Shown: positions 49,451-58,866 of the stretch, one piece after another
How positions within the stretch are numbered: the stretch's first letter is position 1
Layout: each line of letters starts with the position of its first letter
NCBI GenBank assembly: GCA_023247795.1
Contig: JAHFFT010000002.1
Coordinates: forward strand, 31,760 to 95,759
DNA from: Candidatus Omnitrophota bacterium
Lineage (GTDB): Bacteria; Omnitrophota; Gorgyraeia; Zapsychrales; JANLHA01
Length of the DNA stretch: 64,000 nucleotides
Direction of reading: 5' to 3'
Position numbers and translations under genes: made by a program
The notes under the pieces: generated by a model
Databases searched by the model: none
Told to the model about the DNA's origin: nothing
What the model saw: only the letters and a program-made list of their open reading frames with translations

Positions 49451-50099
49451 CGCCAACATTGATCAAGTCATCGAACGGTTGCGCAAGGCGTTGAAAGGCC
49501 TGCCGGATCCTTCGGTCACCTTGGTTGGTAAACGCTGGCAGAGTCCTTTTTTGGTCTTGATCTCTTGCATCATGAGTTTGCGCACGAAAGATGAAACAAC
49601 ACTACCGGCGGCCGAACGTTTGTTCGCGGTGGCTGATACGCCGGCCGCGATGCTAAAGATATCGACGGAGAAATTGGAAAGATTGATTTATCCAGTGGGT
49701 TTTTATAAAACCAAGGCCAGGACGATCAAAGGGATTTGTCGCGACGTTTTAGAAAAATTTGACGGAAAAATTCCGAATGACTTGGATACTTTGCTTTTGA
49801 TGAAAGGGGTCGGGCGCAAGACCGCGAATTTGGTTTTGACCGAAGGTTTTTGGATTCCGGCGATGTGTGTCGACACGCACGTTCATCGGATCTCTAATCG
49901 TTTTGGTTATGTTAAAACTAAAAATCCGGAAGAAACAGAATTTGCTTTGCGAAATCAGTTGCCTAAAAAATATTGGATGCGGTATAACGCGCAGCTTGTC
50001 ACGTGGGGACAGAATATCTGCCGGCCGATTTCGCCGTTTTGTTCACGCTGCCCCATCACGCGTTTTTGCGGCCGGGTCGGGGTCATGGCGACCCGATAA
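49440..50099 (+). CDS. nth: endonuclease III (base-excision DNA glycosylase/lyase)
   Basis: HhH-GPD LLLMKGVGRKTANLVL…D. C-terminal 4Fe-4S C-x6-C-x2-C-x5-C (CRPISPFCSRCPITRFC). Overlaps nnrE by 11 nt. Confidence 0.85.
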   Translation: MVDNANIDQVIERLRKALKGLPDPSVTLVGKRWQSPFLVLISCIMSLRTKDETTLPAAERLFAVADTPAAMLKISTEKLERLIYPVGFYKTKARTIKGICRDVLEKFDGKIPNDLDTLLLMKGVGRKTANLVLTEGFWIPAMCVDTHVHRISNRFGYVKTKNPEETEFALRNQLPKKYWMRYNAQLVTWGQNICRPISPFCSRCPITRFCGRVGVMATR

Positions 50100-50212
50100 C
50101 AGGAAGTCTTTCATCCATTACTTTTTGAGAGGATGAGCATTTTTTACATTATTTATGATTGTTTTTTTATTTAAATGTGGATAGAATGATCAACAAGGAG
50201 TCAACTTAAGCA

Positions 50213-51244
50213 ATGAAAATCGGATTTACTTATAACAGCAAAACGGACTGGGTGCTTTCTGCAAACGATCCGCTTGACGCTAACGCCGAACTTGATAAGC
50301 CAAAGACCATTGAGTCAATCATCAAGGCCTTTGAATGGGGCGGCCATCAGGTGAAGCGCATCGGCAACGTCGATAATTTATTAGCACAGCTTGATGATCT
50401 TGATGTGGACATTGTTTTCAATATTTGCGAAGGTTTCCGCGGTCGTAATCGTGAGTCGCAAGTCCCGATCCTTTTAGAGATGCGCGGGATCCCTTTTGTT
50501 GGTTCCGATGCCTTGACCTTGGGCATTACTTTGGACAAGGCCGTCGCTAAAAAATGTTTTATCGCCGATGGTTTGCCCACACCCTCCTTTGCCCTGATGC
50601 ATAAACTGAGCGATTGCGACGCGATCGGTCATTTGCGTTTCCCGTTGATTGTTAAAACTTGTCATGAGGGAACATCCAAGGGATTGACCGACCAATCGCG
50701 GGTGGAAACCGCGGAACGGTTGAGGCAGCAAGTTGAATACATCATTCGAACGTATCGTCAACCGGCCTTGGTGGAAGAATTCATTTCAGGGACGGAATTT
50801 ACTGTTCCGGTTTTAGGCAATGATCAGCCGCAGGCCATGCCAGTGGCCCAGGTGTGCATGGATGGTAGCACGGATTTGGGAGATAAATTTTATACCTTCG
50901 CGCGCGTCTGTTCGCCCAATTTGCGATACGTGTGCCCGGCGAAACTTTCGCGAGAAGCGGCCAAAGAAATTCAGAATCTGGCGGTGCGGGCTTACCAGTC
51001 CGTCGGTTGCCGGGATTTTGGCCGGATCGATTTTCGAGTTGACCGTCAGGGCCAACCGTACATTTTAGAAATCAATCCCTTGCCCTCGTTGGATGGCGAG
51101 GATGTTTTTAATATTTTCCCAAAGCTCTTGGGTTCATCATATAACGCAGTGCTTAATCAAATCATCGATTTTGCTTGCCAACGTTATGGTTTAAAATCGT
51201 CAGAAAAAGCAACGGCGATATCCCATCCGCAGGAAAGGAGATAA
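50213..51244 (+). CDS. D-alanine--D-alanine ligase family ATP-grasp enzyme (substrate unknown)
   Basis: Ddl-like N-domain VFNICEG…GIPFVGSDALTLGITLDKAVAKK. ATP-grasp core EEFISGTEFTV…LEINPLPSL. Stop 1 nt before the KamA-like start. Confidence 0.6.
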   Translation: MKIGFTYNSKTDWVLSANDPLDANAELDKPKTIESIIKAFEWGGHQVKRIGNVDNLLAQLDDLDVDIVFNICEGFRGRNRESQVPILLEMRGIPFVGSDALTLGITLDKAVAKKCFIADGLPTPSFALMHKLSDCDAIGHLRFPLIVKTCHEGTSKGLTDQSRVETAERLRQQVEYIIRTYRQPALVEEFISGTEFTVPVLGNDQPQAMPVAQVCMDGSTDLGDKFYTFARVCSPNLRYVCPAKLSREAAKEIQNLAVRAYQSVGCRDFGRIDFRVDRQGQPYILEINPLPSLDGEDVFNIFPKLLGSSYNAVLNQIIDFACQRYGLKSSEKATAISHPQERR

Positions 51245-52435
51245 ATGAATCCCGTCGATACGTTAAGTTTGCCTTTAACTGAGCACAAGATCGTTAAGGC
51301 GAAGCCAAAGATCAAACTTACTCCGTCGGAAAAACGCGTTTTAAAGTATTTTCCTGATGCCACGGAAATCGATTGGGAAGACTGGCGCTGGCAGCTGCGG
51401 CATCGGATTAAGACCAAAGATGTGATCGCGCAGATGATGTCATTGACTCCTCAGGAAGAACGCGGCATCGGCGGAGCAGGCGGGAAACTCACGATGTCCA
51501 TTCCACCGTATTTCGCCAGCCTCATCGATCCTGAGGATCCGCAATGTGTCATTCGTTTGCAATCCGTGCCCCTGGACAATGAGTTGGAAGTGGCTCCCGA
51601 GGAGATGAAAGATCCGTGCGGCGAGGATAAGAACTCACCGGTCCACGGATTGGTTCATCGTTATCCTGACCGGGTATTGTTTCTGGTCAACGAAATGTGT
51701 GCGATGTATTGCCGGTATTGCACACGTTCGCGGATGGTGGGCGATGGGAAGCGAACATTGAGCACCACCACGTATGAAGCGGCTTTTGATTATATCCGTT
51801 CGCATCGGGAAATCCGTGATGTCTTGATTTCGGGCGGCGATCCTTTGACGCTTGCTGACAGTCTTTTGGAATACATCATTAAAAATTTGAAGGCCATCAA
51901 ACATGTCGAGTTTGTTCGGATTGGTTCGCGCATTCCGGTCACGCTCCCGCAGCGGGTCACTTCGGAGTTGGTGGCGATGCTCAAAAAATATTCGCCGATC
52001 TGGATGAGCATCCATTTCAATCATGCCAAAGAAATCACCGAACGGGTGAAATACGCCTGCAATCTCATCGCCGACCACGGCATCCCGATGGGCAGCCAGA
52101 CCGTGCTTTTAAAAGGGATCAATGATGATCCAGCGACGATGAAGCAGCTCATGCACGAACTTTTGAAAATCCGCGTTCGGCCCTATTACATTTATCAGTG
52201 CGATCCGATCCTTGGATCAAGGCATTTTCGCACCCCCATCAGCGTCGGGATTAACATCATGAAAAATTTGCGCGGTTTCACCACTGGTTACGCGGTCCCG
52301 ACGTTTGTGATCGACGCCCCGGGAGGCGGAGGCAAGGTCCCTTTGAGTCCCAATTACATTGTTTCGCAGGATGACGACAAAGTCGTTTTGAAGAATTTCG
52401 CCGGGGACGAGTATACGTATTACAATCCAGACTGA
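51245..52435 (+). CDS. lysine 2,3-aminomutase family radical SAM enzyme (KamA/EpmB-like)
   Basis: Radical SAM CAMYCRYCTRS (C-x3-C-x2-C). SGGDPL and PLP-lysine-region conservation typical of KamA. 396 aa. Confidence 0.75.
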   Translation: MNPVDTLSLPLTEHKIVKAKPKIKLTPSEKRVLKYFPDATEIDWEDWRWQLRHRIKTKDVIAQMMSLTPQEERGIGGAGGKLTMSIPPYFASLIDPEDPQCVIRLQSVPLDNELEVAPEEMKDPCGEDKNSPVHGLVHRYPDRVLFLVNEMCAMYCRYCTRSRMVGDGKRTLSTTTYEAAFDYIRSHREIRDVLISGGDPLTLADSLLEYIIKNLKAIKHVEFVRIGSRIPVTLPQRVTSELVAMLKKYSPIWMSIHFNHAKEITERVKYACNLIADHGIPMGSQTVLLKGINDDPATMKQLMHELLKIRVRPYYIYQCDPILGSRHFRTPISVGINIMKNLRGFTTGYAVPTFVIDAPGGGGKVPLSPNYIVSQDDDKVVLKNFAGDEYTYYNPD

Positions 52436-52487
52436 ATTCCCTTTGATCAGCCCATTTCCGAACGGAATGTGACCGAAATATAGAGTT

Positions 52488-52790
52488 ATGAAGAAGATTG
52501 AAGCCATTGTCCGTAAAGAAAAGTTTGAGGAAGTTTGCCAGGCTTTGGAAAATTCGGGAATTGGCGGCGTGACGGTGACCGAAGCCAAGGGTTTCGGCAA
52601 CCATCGCAACGGGCTCAAACCGAAGATGAAGATCGAGATTTACGTTGATGAATTTCAGATCGAGCGGATTGTCGATGTGATCCGTCGGACCGCGAAGACC
52701 GGGACCACTGGCGATGGAAAGATTGCGGTTTTAGATTTAGAAAAACTTTATAAAATCCGCACGGGGGAAGAAGGGGCCGCGGCGATCTGA
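52488..52790 (+). CDS. PII (GlnB)-like signal transduction protein with a shortened T-loop
   Basis: MKKIEAIVRKEKFEEVCQALE…GVTVTEAKGFG…KIEIYV…TGTTGDGKIAVLDLEKLYKIRTGEEGAAAI. The T-loop is ~12 aa shorter than canonical GlnB. Confidence 0.55.
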   Translation: MKKIEAIVRKEKFEEVCQALENSGIGGVTVTEAKGFGNHRNGLKPKMKIEIYVDEFQIERIVDVIRRTAKTGTTGDGKIAVLDLEKLYKIRTGEEGAAAI

Positions 52791-52853
52791 AATGCGGGTC
52801 GCCTCTTCTCAAACCATTTGGGCCGTGGTTGTCCAAGCGATGCTTTCTCATGC

Positions 52854-52882
52854 TTGACTTACAATGGCGAAGAGCGTAATAT
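52854..52882 (+). promoter_or_regulatory. sigma70-like promoter upstream of rpsU
   Basis: TTGACT - 17 nt - TAATAT, about 50 nt upstream of rpsU ATG 52933. AAGGAAGG Shine-Dalgarno sequence before the ATG. Confidence 0.45.
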
Positions 52883-52932
52883 AGGTTCTCTTAAGCCCCA
52901 TTCAATTTAAGGAAGGTTGGTGAGATCATTCT

Positions 52933-53094
52933 ATGGTAGAAGTCAAAATTACTGATAAACATGGTTTTGAAAAGGCCATGCGCATTTTTAAAAAGCAGTG
53001 TCAGAAAGAGGGCTTTTTAGTTGAATTGAAAGAACGACGTTACTATTCAAAGCCATCCGAGCGCAAACGACGCACCGGCAGCAAAAGAAGCTGA
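52933..53094 (+). CDS. rpsU: 30S ribosomal protein S21
   Basis: MVEVKITDKHGFEKAMRIFKKQCQKEGFLVELKERRYYSKPSERKRRTGSKRS, 53 aa. Not in the ORF track because it is under 60 aa. Confidence 0.85.
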   Translation: MVEVKITDKHGFEKAMRIFKKQCQKEGFLVELKERRYYSKPSERKRRTGSKRS

Positions 53095-53155
53095 TCGTCG
53101 TTTCCAGATTTTCAAATAACACCCTGTTGGATTCCACAAGAACCTAGTATCTTTG

Positions 53156-53680
53156 ATGGAAAAACCTCGTCGAAAGATTGCCATCCTTGTTGAAGACCTT
53201 TATCAGGTCTTGGAGGTGTGGTATCCGCTTTTGCGTCTGCAAGAGGCCGGGATCGAGGTTACGACCATCGGCACCGGCAATAAGAGCACGTATGGCAGCA
53301 AAGAAGGTTACCCCATCACCGTCGATACCTCTATTCAAAAAGCGAAGGTAACGGATTTTGATGGTGTCATCATCCCCGGAGGCTACGCCCCAGATATTTT
53401 GCGGCGCTACGACGAGGTGGTGGCTTTTGTCAAACGACTTTATCTTGACGGACGGGTCGTCGCCGCGATTTGTCACGGCGGCTGGCTTTTGGTTTCCGCC
53501 GGTATCATCAAGGACCAGCAAGTGACTTGCTTTTATGCCATCAAAGATGATTTGATCGCCGCTGGCGGTCATTATGTTGACCGCGAAGTCGTTGTTGATC
53601 AGAACCTCATCACGTCCCGTAAACCTGAGGATTTGCCGCGGTTCGTTCAAGAGATCATCAAACTCATCGAGAGAAGCTGA
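53156..53680 (+). CDS. DJ-1/PfpI family protein (class I glutamine-amidotransferase-like fold)
   Basis: Nucleophile-elbow AAICHGGWLL. KIAILVEDLYQ…PGGYAP is the typical DJ-1/PfpI layout. Confidence 0.7.
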   Translation: MEKPRRKIAILVEDLYQVLEVWYPLLRLQEAGIEVTTIGTGNKSTYGSKEGYPITVDTSIQKAKVTDFDGVIIPGGYAPDILRRYDEVVAFVKRLYLDGRVVAAICHGGWLLVSAGIIKDQQVTCFYAIKDDLIAAGGHYVDREVVVDQNLITSRKPEDLPRFVQEIIKLIERS

Positions 53681-53695
53681 TCAAGATAGGTCTTT

Positions 53696-55255
53696 ATGAT
53701 TAAAGTCAAACGAGCGCTTTTGAGTGTTTCGGACAAAACCGGTTTGGCCGATTTTGCCAAAGGCCTTCATGCCTTAGGGATCGAGATGCTTTCGACCGGA
53801 GGAACCGCCCAGAGTTTGAGGGCGGCCGGACTTTCCGTCAAAGACGTTTCTGAATATACTGGATCGGCCGAAATCCTCGACGGCCGTGTGAAAACTCTGC
53901 ACCCGAAGATTTATGCTGGCCTGTTGGCTCGACGAGATGATGCTGGACATCTTCAGCAATTGGAAGAAGGGAATATCCTGTTGATCGACTTAGTCGTCGT
54001 GAACCTTTATCCGTTCGCGAAGGTGATCCAGAAAAAAAATGTGAGCTTGGATGAGGCGGTGGAGAATATTGACATTGGTGGGCCGTCGCTGCTGCGGGCG
54101 GCCGCGAAGAATTACCGCAGTGTCGCCGCGGTCTGCAATCCGCAAAAATACGCGGACATCCTTAAAGAATTGGAACATAACAGCGGGCTGTTATCCGACG
54201 CGGTGTTATTGAATTTGGCAATGGAGGCCTTTGAACACACGGCACAGTATGATCAAATGATTTTCAGTTATTTCCAATCGTTGATGACTGGGAGCGATGG
54301 GTTTTCTTCTTTGCCAAAGGAGCTATTTCTCAAATACCAAAAAGTCCAAGATTTGCGTTATGGTGAAAATCCCCATCAGGCCGGGGCTTTTTATCGCAAC
54401 CAGGGCCGTGATGGGGGATTGCCGCTGATTCAGCAACGGCATGGAAAAGAGTTGTCTTTCAATAATTTGTTGGATTTGAATGCCGCTTTAGCGGTCGTCA
54501 ATGATTTTGCGCAGCCGGCAGCGGTCGTGATCAAACATAGTAACCCGACGGGTGTCGCGGTGGGGGACACACTCAAATCGGCCTTCAAGGACGCGTTGAG
54601 CTGTGATAAAATTTCCGCCTTTGGCGGGATCATTGGTCTCAATCAAACGGTCGATCGGGAAACGGCGGAAGCGATTTCGGCCAGTGGTTTTATGGAAAGT
54701 GTCGTGGCCCCGGGGTATCAAGAAACCGCCTTCAAAATTTTAGCCAAAAAGAAAAACTTGCGCATTATGCAGATCAAGCTGGACGCGTTTTCTGTCAATA
54801 AGTTTGACTTCAAACTCGTCGAGGGTGGGTTGCTTCTTCAAGAAGCGGACCGAAATCTTTTAAACATGAATGATGTGAAGATTGTCACCTCGCGCAAGCT
54901 AACAAAAATACAGGAAGAAAGCATTCAGTTCGGATGGAAGGTTGTCAGGCATGTCCGGTCCAACGCGGTCATTCTGGTGAAGGGTCGAAAGACCGTTGGG
55001 ATTGGCTGCGGACAGACGAGTCGCATCGAAAGCACACAAGCCGCCCTGCAAAAGGCCGGAAAGCGGGCTGCTGGTGCCCTCATGATTTCCGACGCTTTTT
55101 TGCCCAAGGTCGATAATGTCACTGTCGCGGCAAAGGCTGGGGTCAAAATCATTGTCCAGACCGGCGGGTCGATCGTCGACGAGAAAGTCATCCGCGCTGC
55201 CGAGAAAGCCAAGATCGTCATGATGATGACCGGTGTTCGACATTTCAAGCATTGA
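53696..55255 (+). CDS. purH: bifunctional AICAR transformylase / IMP cyclohydrolase
   Basis: MGS-like N-domain MIKVKRALLSVSDKTGL…LSTGGTA. AICARFT domain downstream. 519 aa. Confidence 0.9.
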   Translation: MIKVKRALLSVSDKTGLADFAKGLHALGIEMLSTGGTAQSLRAAGLSVKDVSEYTGSAEILDGRVKTLHPKIYAGLLARRDDAGHLQQLEEGNILLIDLVVVNLYPFAKVIQKKNVSLDEAVENIDIGGPSLLRAAAKNYRSVAAVCNPQKYADILKELEHNSGLLSDAVLLNLAMEAFEHTAQYDQMIFSYFQSLMTGSDGFSSLPKELFLKYQKVQDLRYGENPHQAGAFYRNQGRDGGLPLIQQRHGKELSFNNLLDLNAALAVVNDFAQPAAVVIKHSNPTGVAVGDTLKSAFKDALSCDKISAFGGIIGLNQTVDRETAEAISASGFMESVVAPGYQETAFKILAKKKNLRIMQIKLDAFSVNKFDFKLVEGGLLLQEADRNLLNMNDVKIVTSRKLTKIQEESIQFGWKVVRHVRSNAVILVKGRKTVGIGCGQTSRIESTQAALQKAGKRAAGALMISDAFLPKVDNVTVAAKAGVKIIVQTGGSIVDEKVIRAAEKAKIVMMMTGVRHFKH

Positions 55256-55263
55256 TTCCGCCG

Positions 55264-56664
55264 ATGTTGTACACTCAAGCCCAATCCTACCTCAATTCTT
55301 TTATCAATTACGAGCGCAATCTTGCTGAGTTAAAGCAGGCGAATATTAAGCTCGACCGGATGCAGCGGCTGATGGAGCAGTTGTCCGATCCTCAGCGAAA
55401 ACTCCGTTGTCTGCACGTGGCTGGCACTAAGGGCAAGGGCTCAACCTGTCACTTCATAGCTTTTCTTTTAAGGGCGGCGGGGTTTCGGGTAGGGCTTTAT
55501 ACCTCTCCGCATTTGCATGATGTCCGAGAACGGATACGGATCCTACAACCGAACAGCAGTCCCGCGGATCCGCATACGGTGGAAGGATGCATTTCATCGG
55601 AGGCGTTTGATCAGTGTCTGCGTCAGGAACTTTATCCTCATTTGGAAAATTGGCGTGAGACCGAATTGGGAACACTGAGTTATTTTGAAGTGTTAACCGC
55701 ATTGGCTTTTTATTATTTTTATCAGCAGCGGGTCGATTTTGCGGTTTTTGAGACGGGGTTGGGTGGACGACTTGACGCGACAAACGTGGTCCACGCCGAG
55801 GTTTGTGGTATTACGCCCATTGGTTTAGAGCACACCGAGCAGCTGGGCGACACCTTGGGCGCGATTGCTCAAGAAAAAGCAGCGATCATCAAGGACTCAA
55901 CACAAAGGGTCGTGATCGCCCCACAAGCTCAAGAAGCGTTGAGTGTCATTCAGGGCCAATGTGATCAAGTGGGGGCAAAATATTGTACTGTGGGAGAAGA
56001 CATTCGGTTTTTGATCAACCCTTCGGCGAAATCAGAAAATTCTTTTTCTTTTTTTCAGGGGGAACAACAATATTTTGATTTGACCATTCCGCTCGCCGGT
56101 GAACATCAGGTCTTGAACGCCGTGACGGCGCTGGGGATGATTCAGGCCTTGAATTTGAATGATCAAGGTCTTCGTTCCGAGAGTATTCAAGAAGGTCTTC
56201 GGCAGACGTTCATTGCCGGACGGTTCGAACAGCTTTTTATCGACGGGCAAGAGGTGGTCCTTGATTGCGCCCACACCCCGGAATCGATACAGATGCTATT
56301 AAAAACTTTTGAAAGTCTTTACGGTCGAACCCCGGGAATTTTTTTGTTAGGGTTTTCCAAAGATAAAAGGATCGAGGCGATGTGTCGGTTGATTGCCCCA
56401 TTTGCAAAAAGGGTCATTTGGACAAAAGCGGCTCATCCCCGCGCCGCGCATTTACCGATGGAACAGCTTAAAAGTTTTTTTCAAGGGAGCATTGTTCAGC
56501 TCGCCGAAAATTCAGAACAGGCCCTTGCCCAGGCTTTTTCAAATTGCGGCAGGGATGATCGGATCGTTGTTACCGGATCCATGTATTTGGTCGGAGAGGT
56601 TCGAGAGAAAATTCTTACAAGTTGCAAGTCTCAAGTCTCAAGTCTCAAGAAAAAAAATGCTTGA
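55264..56664 (+). CDS. folC: folylpolyglutamate synthase / dihydrofolate synthase
   Basis: Mur-ligase P-loop LHVAGTKGKGST. Last ~17 codons (…TSCKSQVSSLKKKNA) are encoded by the CAAGTCTCAAG repeat. ATG 55264 preferred over the track's TTG at 55252. Confidence 0.8.
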   Translation: MLYTQAQSYLNSFINYERNLAELKQANIKLDRMQRLMEQLSDPQRKLRCLHVAGTKGKGSTCHFIAFLLRAAGFRVGLYTSPHLHDVRERIRILQPNSSPADPHTVEGCISSEAFDQCLRQELYPHLENWRETELGTLSYFEVLTALAFYYFYQQRVDFAVFETGLGGRLDATNVVHAEVCGITPIGLEHTEQLGDTLGAIAQEKAAIIKDSTQRVVIAPQAQEALSVIQGQCDQVGAKYCTVGEDIRFLINPSAKSENSFSFFQGEQQYFDLTIPLAGEHQVLNAVTALGMIQALNLNDQGLRSESIQEGLRQTFIAGRFEQLFIDGQEVVLDCAHTPESIQMLLKTFESLYGRTPGIFLLGFSKDKRIEAMCRLIAPFAKRVIWTKAAHPRAAHLPMEQLKSFFQGSIVQLAENSEQALAQAFSNCGRDDRIVVTGSMYLVGEVREKILTSCKSQVSSLKKKNA

Positions 56665-56712
56665 GACTTGCAGCTTGTAACACTTGTGACTTGCAACTTG
56701 AGACTTGCGACT
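56618..56712. repeat. CAAGTCTCAAG-family palindromic repeat with a 3x tandem TCTCAAG core
   Basis: gttgcaagtctcaagtctcaagtctcaag-A8TG-cttgagacttgcag…gacttgcaacttgagacttgcg; nested inverted repeats. Overlaps the 3' end of folC and lies upstream of mnmE. Confidence 0.55.
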
Positions 56713-56716
56713 TACT

Positions 56717-58132
56717 ATGTATCAATACCAAGGAATGGAAGATACAATTGCCGCCATTGCGACGGCCACGGGGCCCAGTGGTATCGGGATCGTGCGGATG
56801 AGCGGGAACAAAGCGCTCGCTATTGCCGACGCGGTTTTTAAACCGGCCCGGGACGCTGCTCCCAAACCCTCGGTCTGCAAAACGCATACTGTCCACTACG
56901 GAAACATTGTTGAGCGGCAGAAGACACGTGTTGGAGAGATCATCGATGAGGTTTTATTGACCGTGCTGCGCGCGCCACGGACCTACACCGGCGAGGATAT
57001 CATCGAAATCAATTGTCACGGCGGACGGGTTGTTTTACAAAATGTTTTGGCACTTCTGTTAAGAAAAGGAGCTCGTCTCGCGGAGCCGGGAGAATTTACC
57101 AAACGCGCGTTTTTAAACGGCCGCATGGATTTGACTCAGGCCGAGGCGGTTTTAGACATGATCCACGCGAAGACGAGTGCTTTGTTGAGAGTGACGGCAC
57201 AGCAATTGAAAGGAGCGTTGGCCTTGGAGTTGGAAAGCATCCGTGAAGATTTGATGAATGTCTATATTGAGTTGGAGGCCGTGGTTAATTTTCCGGAAGA
57301 TGATGTGGACAGTCAAACGCAGAAAAAATTTTTCAAATCAATCAAAGGGGCTTTGGAGCGGGTTAACCATTTGCTGAAATCTAGTCGCAAAGGCCGCCTA
57401 TTAAGGGAAGGGATCCGCATTGTGTTGTGCGGAAAACCCAACGTTGGAAAATCCTCGCTTTTGAATGCCTTGCTCAAACAACCGCGAGCCATTGTCAGTG
57501 ACGTGGCTGGAACGACCCGCGATACCATTGAGGAAACAGCGCAGATCCAAGGGATCCCGATCCAATTGGTCGACACCGCCGGGATCCTCACCCCTCGGGA
57601 TTTCATTGAAGAAGAAGCTGTCAAACGGAGTCGTTTGAGCATGAAGTCGGCGGATTTGGTTTTGTTGATATTGGACAACAGCCAGGAGCTGTCCACGGAA
57701 GATTTTCAGATCATGGAGAACATCAAAGACCAGGCGTTGTTTGTTGTTTTGAATAAATCGGATCTTAAGAAACGGCTGGCCGGGGCAGAATTGAAAAAGC
57801 GGTTGCCGGACAAAAAGTGTTTGAAGGTCTCCGTTTTAAAAGCAAAAGGGATCCAAGAATTGGAAGACGCGATATGTCAGCATGCCCTTCAAGGGGAGGC
57901 CTTTGAGCATGGGGAAGGGTTGCTGCTCACAAATTTGCGGCATATCCAGACCTTAGAGCAGTGCCGGGAAAAATTGCAAAGGGCGTGCGGGCATTTGCAG
58001 AAAAAATTGTCGATTGAGTTTGTTTCCGACGACGTTAAACTGGCTGTGAATGATTTGGACAGTGTCACCGGTCGCAATATCGACCAAGATCTGTTAGACC
58101 GTATTTTTTCTCATTTTTGCATCGGTAAATAG
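56717..58132 (+). CDS. mnmE: tRNA uridine-5-carboxymethylaminomethyl modification GTPase MnmE
   Basis: N-terminal DTIAAIATA…GIGIVR. G-domain CGKPNVGKSSLLN. C-terminal CIGK tetrapeptide. Confidence 0.85.
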   Translation: MYQYQGMEDTIAAIATATGPSGIGIVRMSGNKALAIADAVFKPARDAAPKPSVCKTHTVHYGNIVERQKTRVGEIIDEVLLTVLRAPRTYTGEDIIEINCHGGRVVLQNVLALLLRKGARLAEPGEFTKRAFLNGRMDLTQAEAVLDMIHAKTSALLRVTAQQLKGALALELESIREDLMNVYIELEAVVNFPEDDVDSQTQKKFFKSIKGALERVNHLLKSSRKGRLLREGIRIVLCGKPNVGKSSLLNALLKQPRAIVSDVAGTTRDTIEETAQIQGIPIQLVDTAGILTPRDFIEEEAVKRSRLSMKSADLVLLILDNSQELSTEDFQIMENIKDQALFVVLNKSDLKKRLAGAELKKRLPDKKCLKVSVLKAKGIQELEDAICQHALQGEAFEHGEGLLLTNLRHIQTLEQCREKLQRACGHLQKKLSIEFVSDDVKLAVNDLDSVTGRNIDQDLLDRIFSHFCIGK

Positions 58133-58866
58133 GATGGAGTATGGGGGGAAGAGAATGGATACGGCAATGCCTTTTTTCCCATTTCGGAAACCTCATCAAA
58201 GAAATTTTTGTCGTTCACGAGGTCGATGAGTTTGGGATTGTTGACCAATTCAGAGAGGTCATGACTTTTCAACTGTTGTTGGATTTCGGGATCTTCAAGC
58301 AAGGATTGTAATTTCTTATTAGCAAGAAGAGACTGAAAGCGATTATCTTCAGAATGATCTTCTGATGCTGAAAAGTCTTTGAGGCTGGCTATGTGGTCGA
58401 GGAGATTTTGCGTCAAAGGAAGATGGTTCAAAAGATCATTGTTCATATAAAAAAATGTTTTCGATGCTTTGACGTCTTCCTGCAGGTCCCCAAGACCCAG
58501 CCGTTGCATCGGCAGAAGGGCCATGCACAAGAGGATCAATATCAAGACGCTGCCTTTCCAGGCCAGGCTTATCATGGTTCCCAAAATTCGGCTTCCTATA
58601 AAAAGAAAATTCCGATAATTTTTTTCTACGGAAAATCTTCCCCACAACCAAAGCAGGCGAAGGAGAATGTTGGCAAGCAAGAGAGTTGTTAGACCCAGCG
58701 AGATGCTTTGCAGCAATTTATTTGTTAAATCAAAGGATATTGCTCCGACGAGGATCGCAGCAGCGAGCGAGAATGGGCTAATGAATGAGCGAAAAAATCC
58801 TTTGCGCCAACCGCTTCTCACGAAGATGAGAAGCAACACGCAAACGATGATGTCGGTCGTGCTCAT
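58111..58866 (-). CDS. CvpA-family membrane protein with a C-terminal extension
   Basis: MSTTDIIVCVLLLIFVRSGWRKGFFRSFISPFSLAAAILVGAI resembles the CvpA N-terminus. 4 TM segments. Convergent with mnmE. Confidence 0.45.
   Translation of the reverse strand: MSTTDIIVCVLLLIFVRSGWRKGFFRSFISPFSLAAAILVGAISFDLTNKLLQSISLGLTTLLLANILLRLLWLWGRFSVEKNYRNFLFIGSRILGTMISLAWKGSVLILILLCMALLPMQRLGLGDLQEDVKASKTFFYMNNDLLNHLPLTQNLLDHIASLKDFSASEDHSEDNRFQSLLANKKLQSLLEDPEIQQQLKSHDLSELVNNPKLIDLVNDKNFFDEVSEMGKKALPYPFSSPHTPSYLPMQK

Noticed and set aside
56623-56650. Tandem tctcaag repeats as a possible CRISPR array
   Set aside because: 7-nt unit, three copies, no spacers and no cas genes. Part of the palindromic repeat family, not CRISPR.
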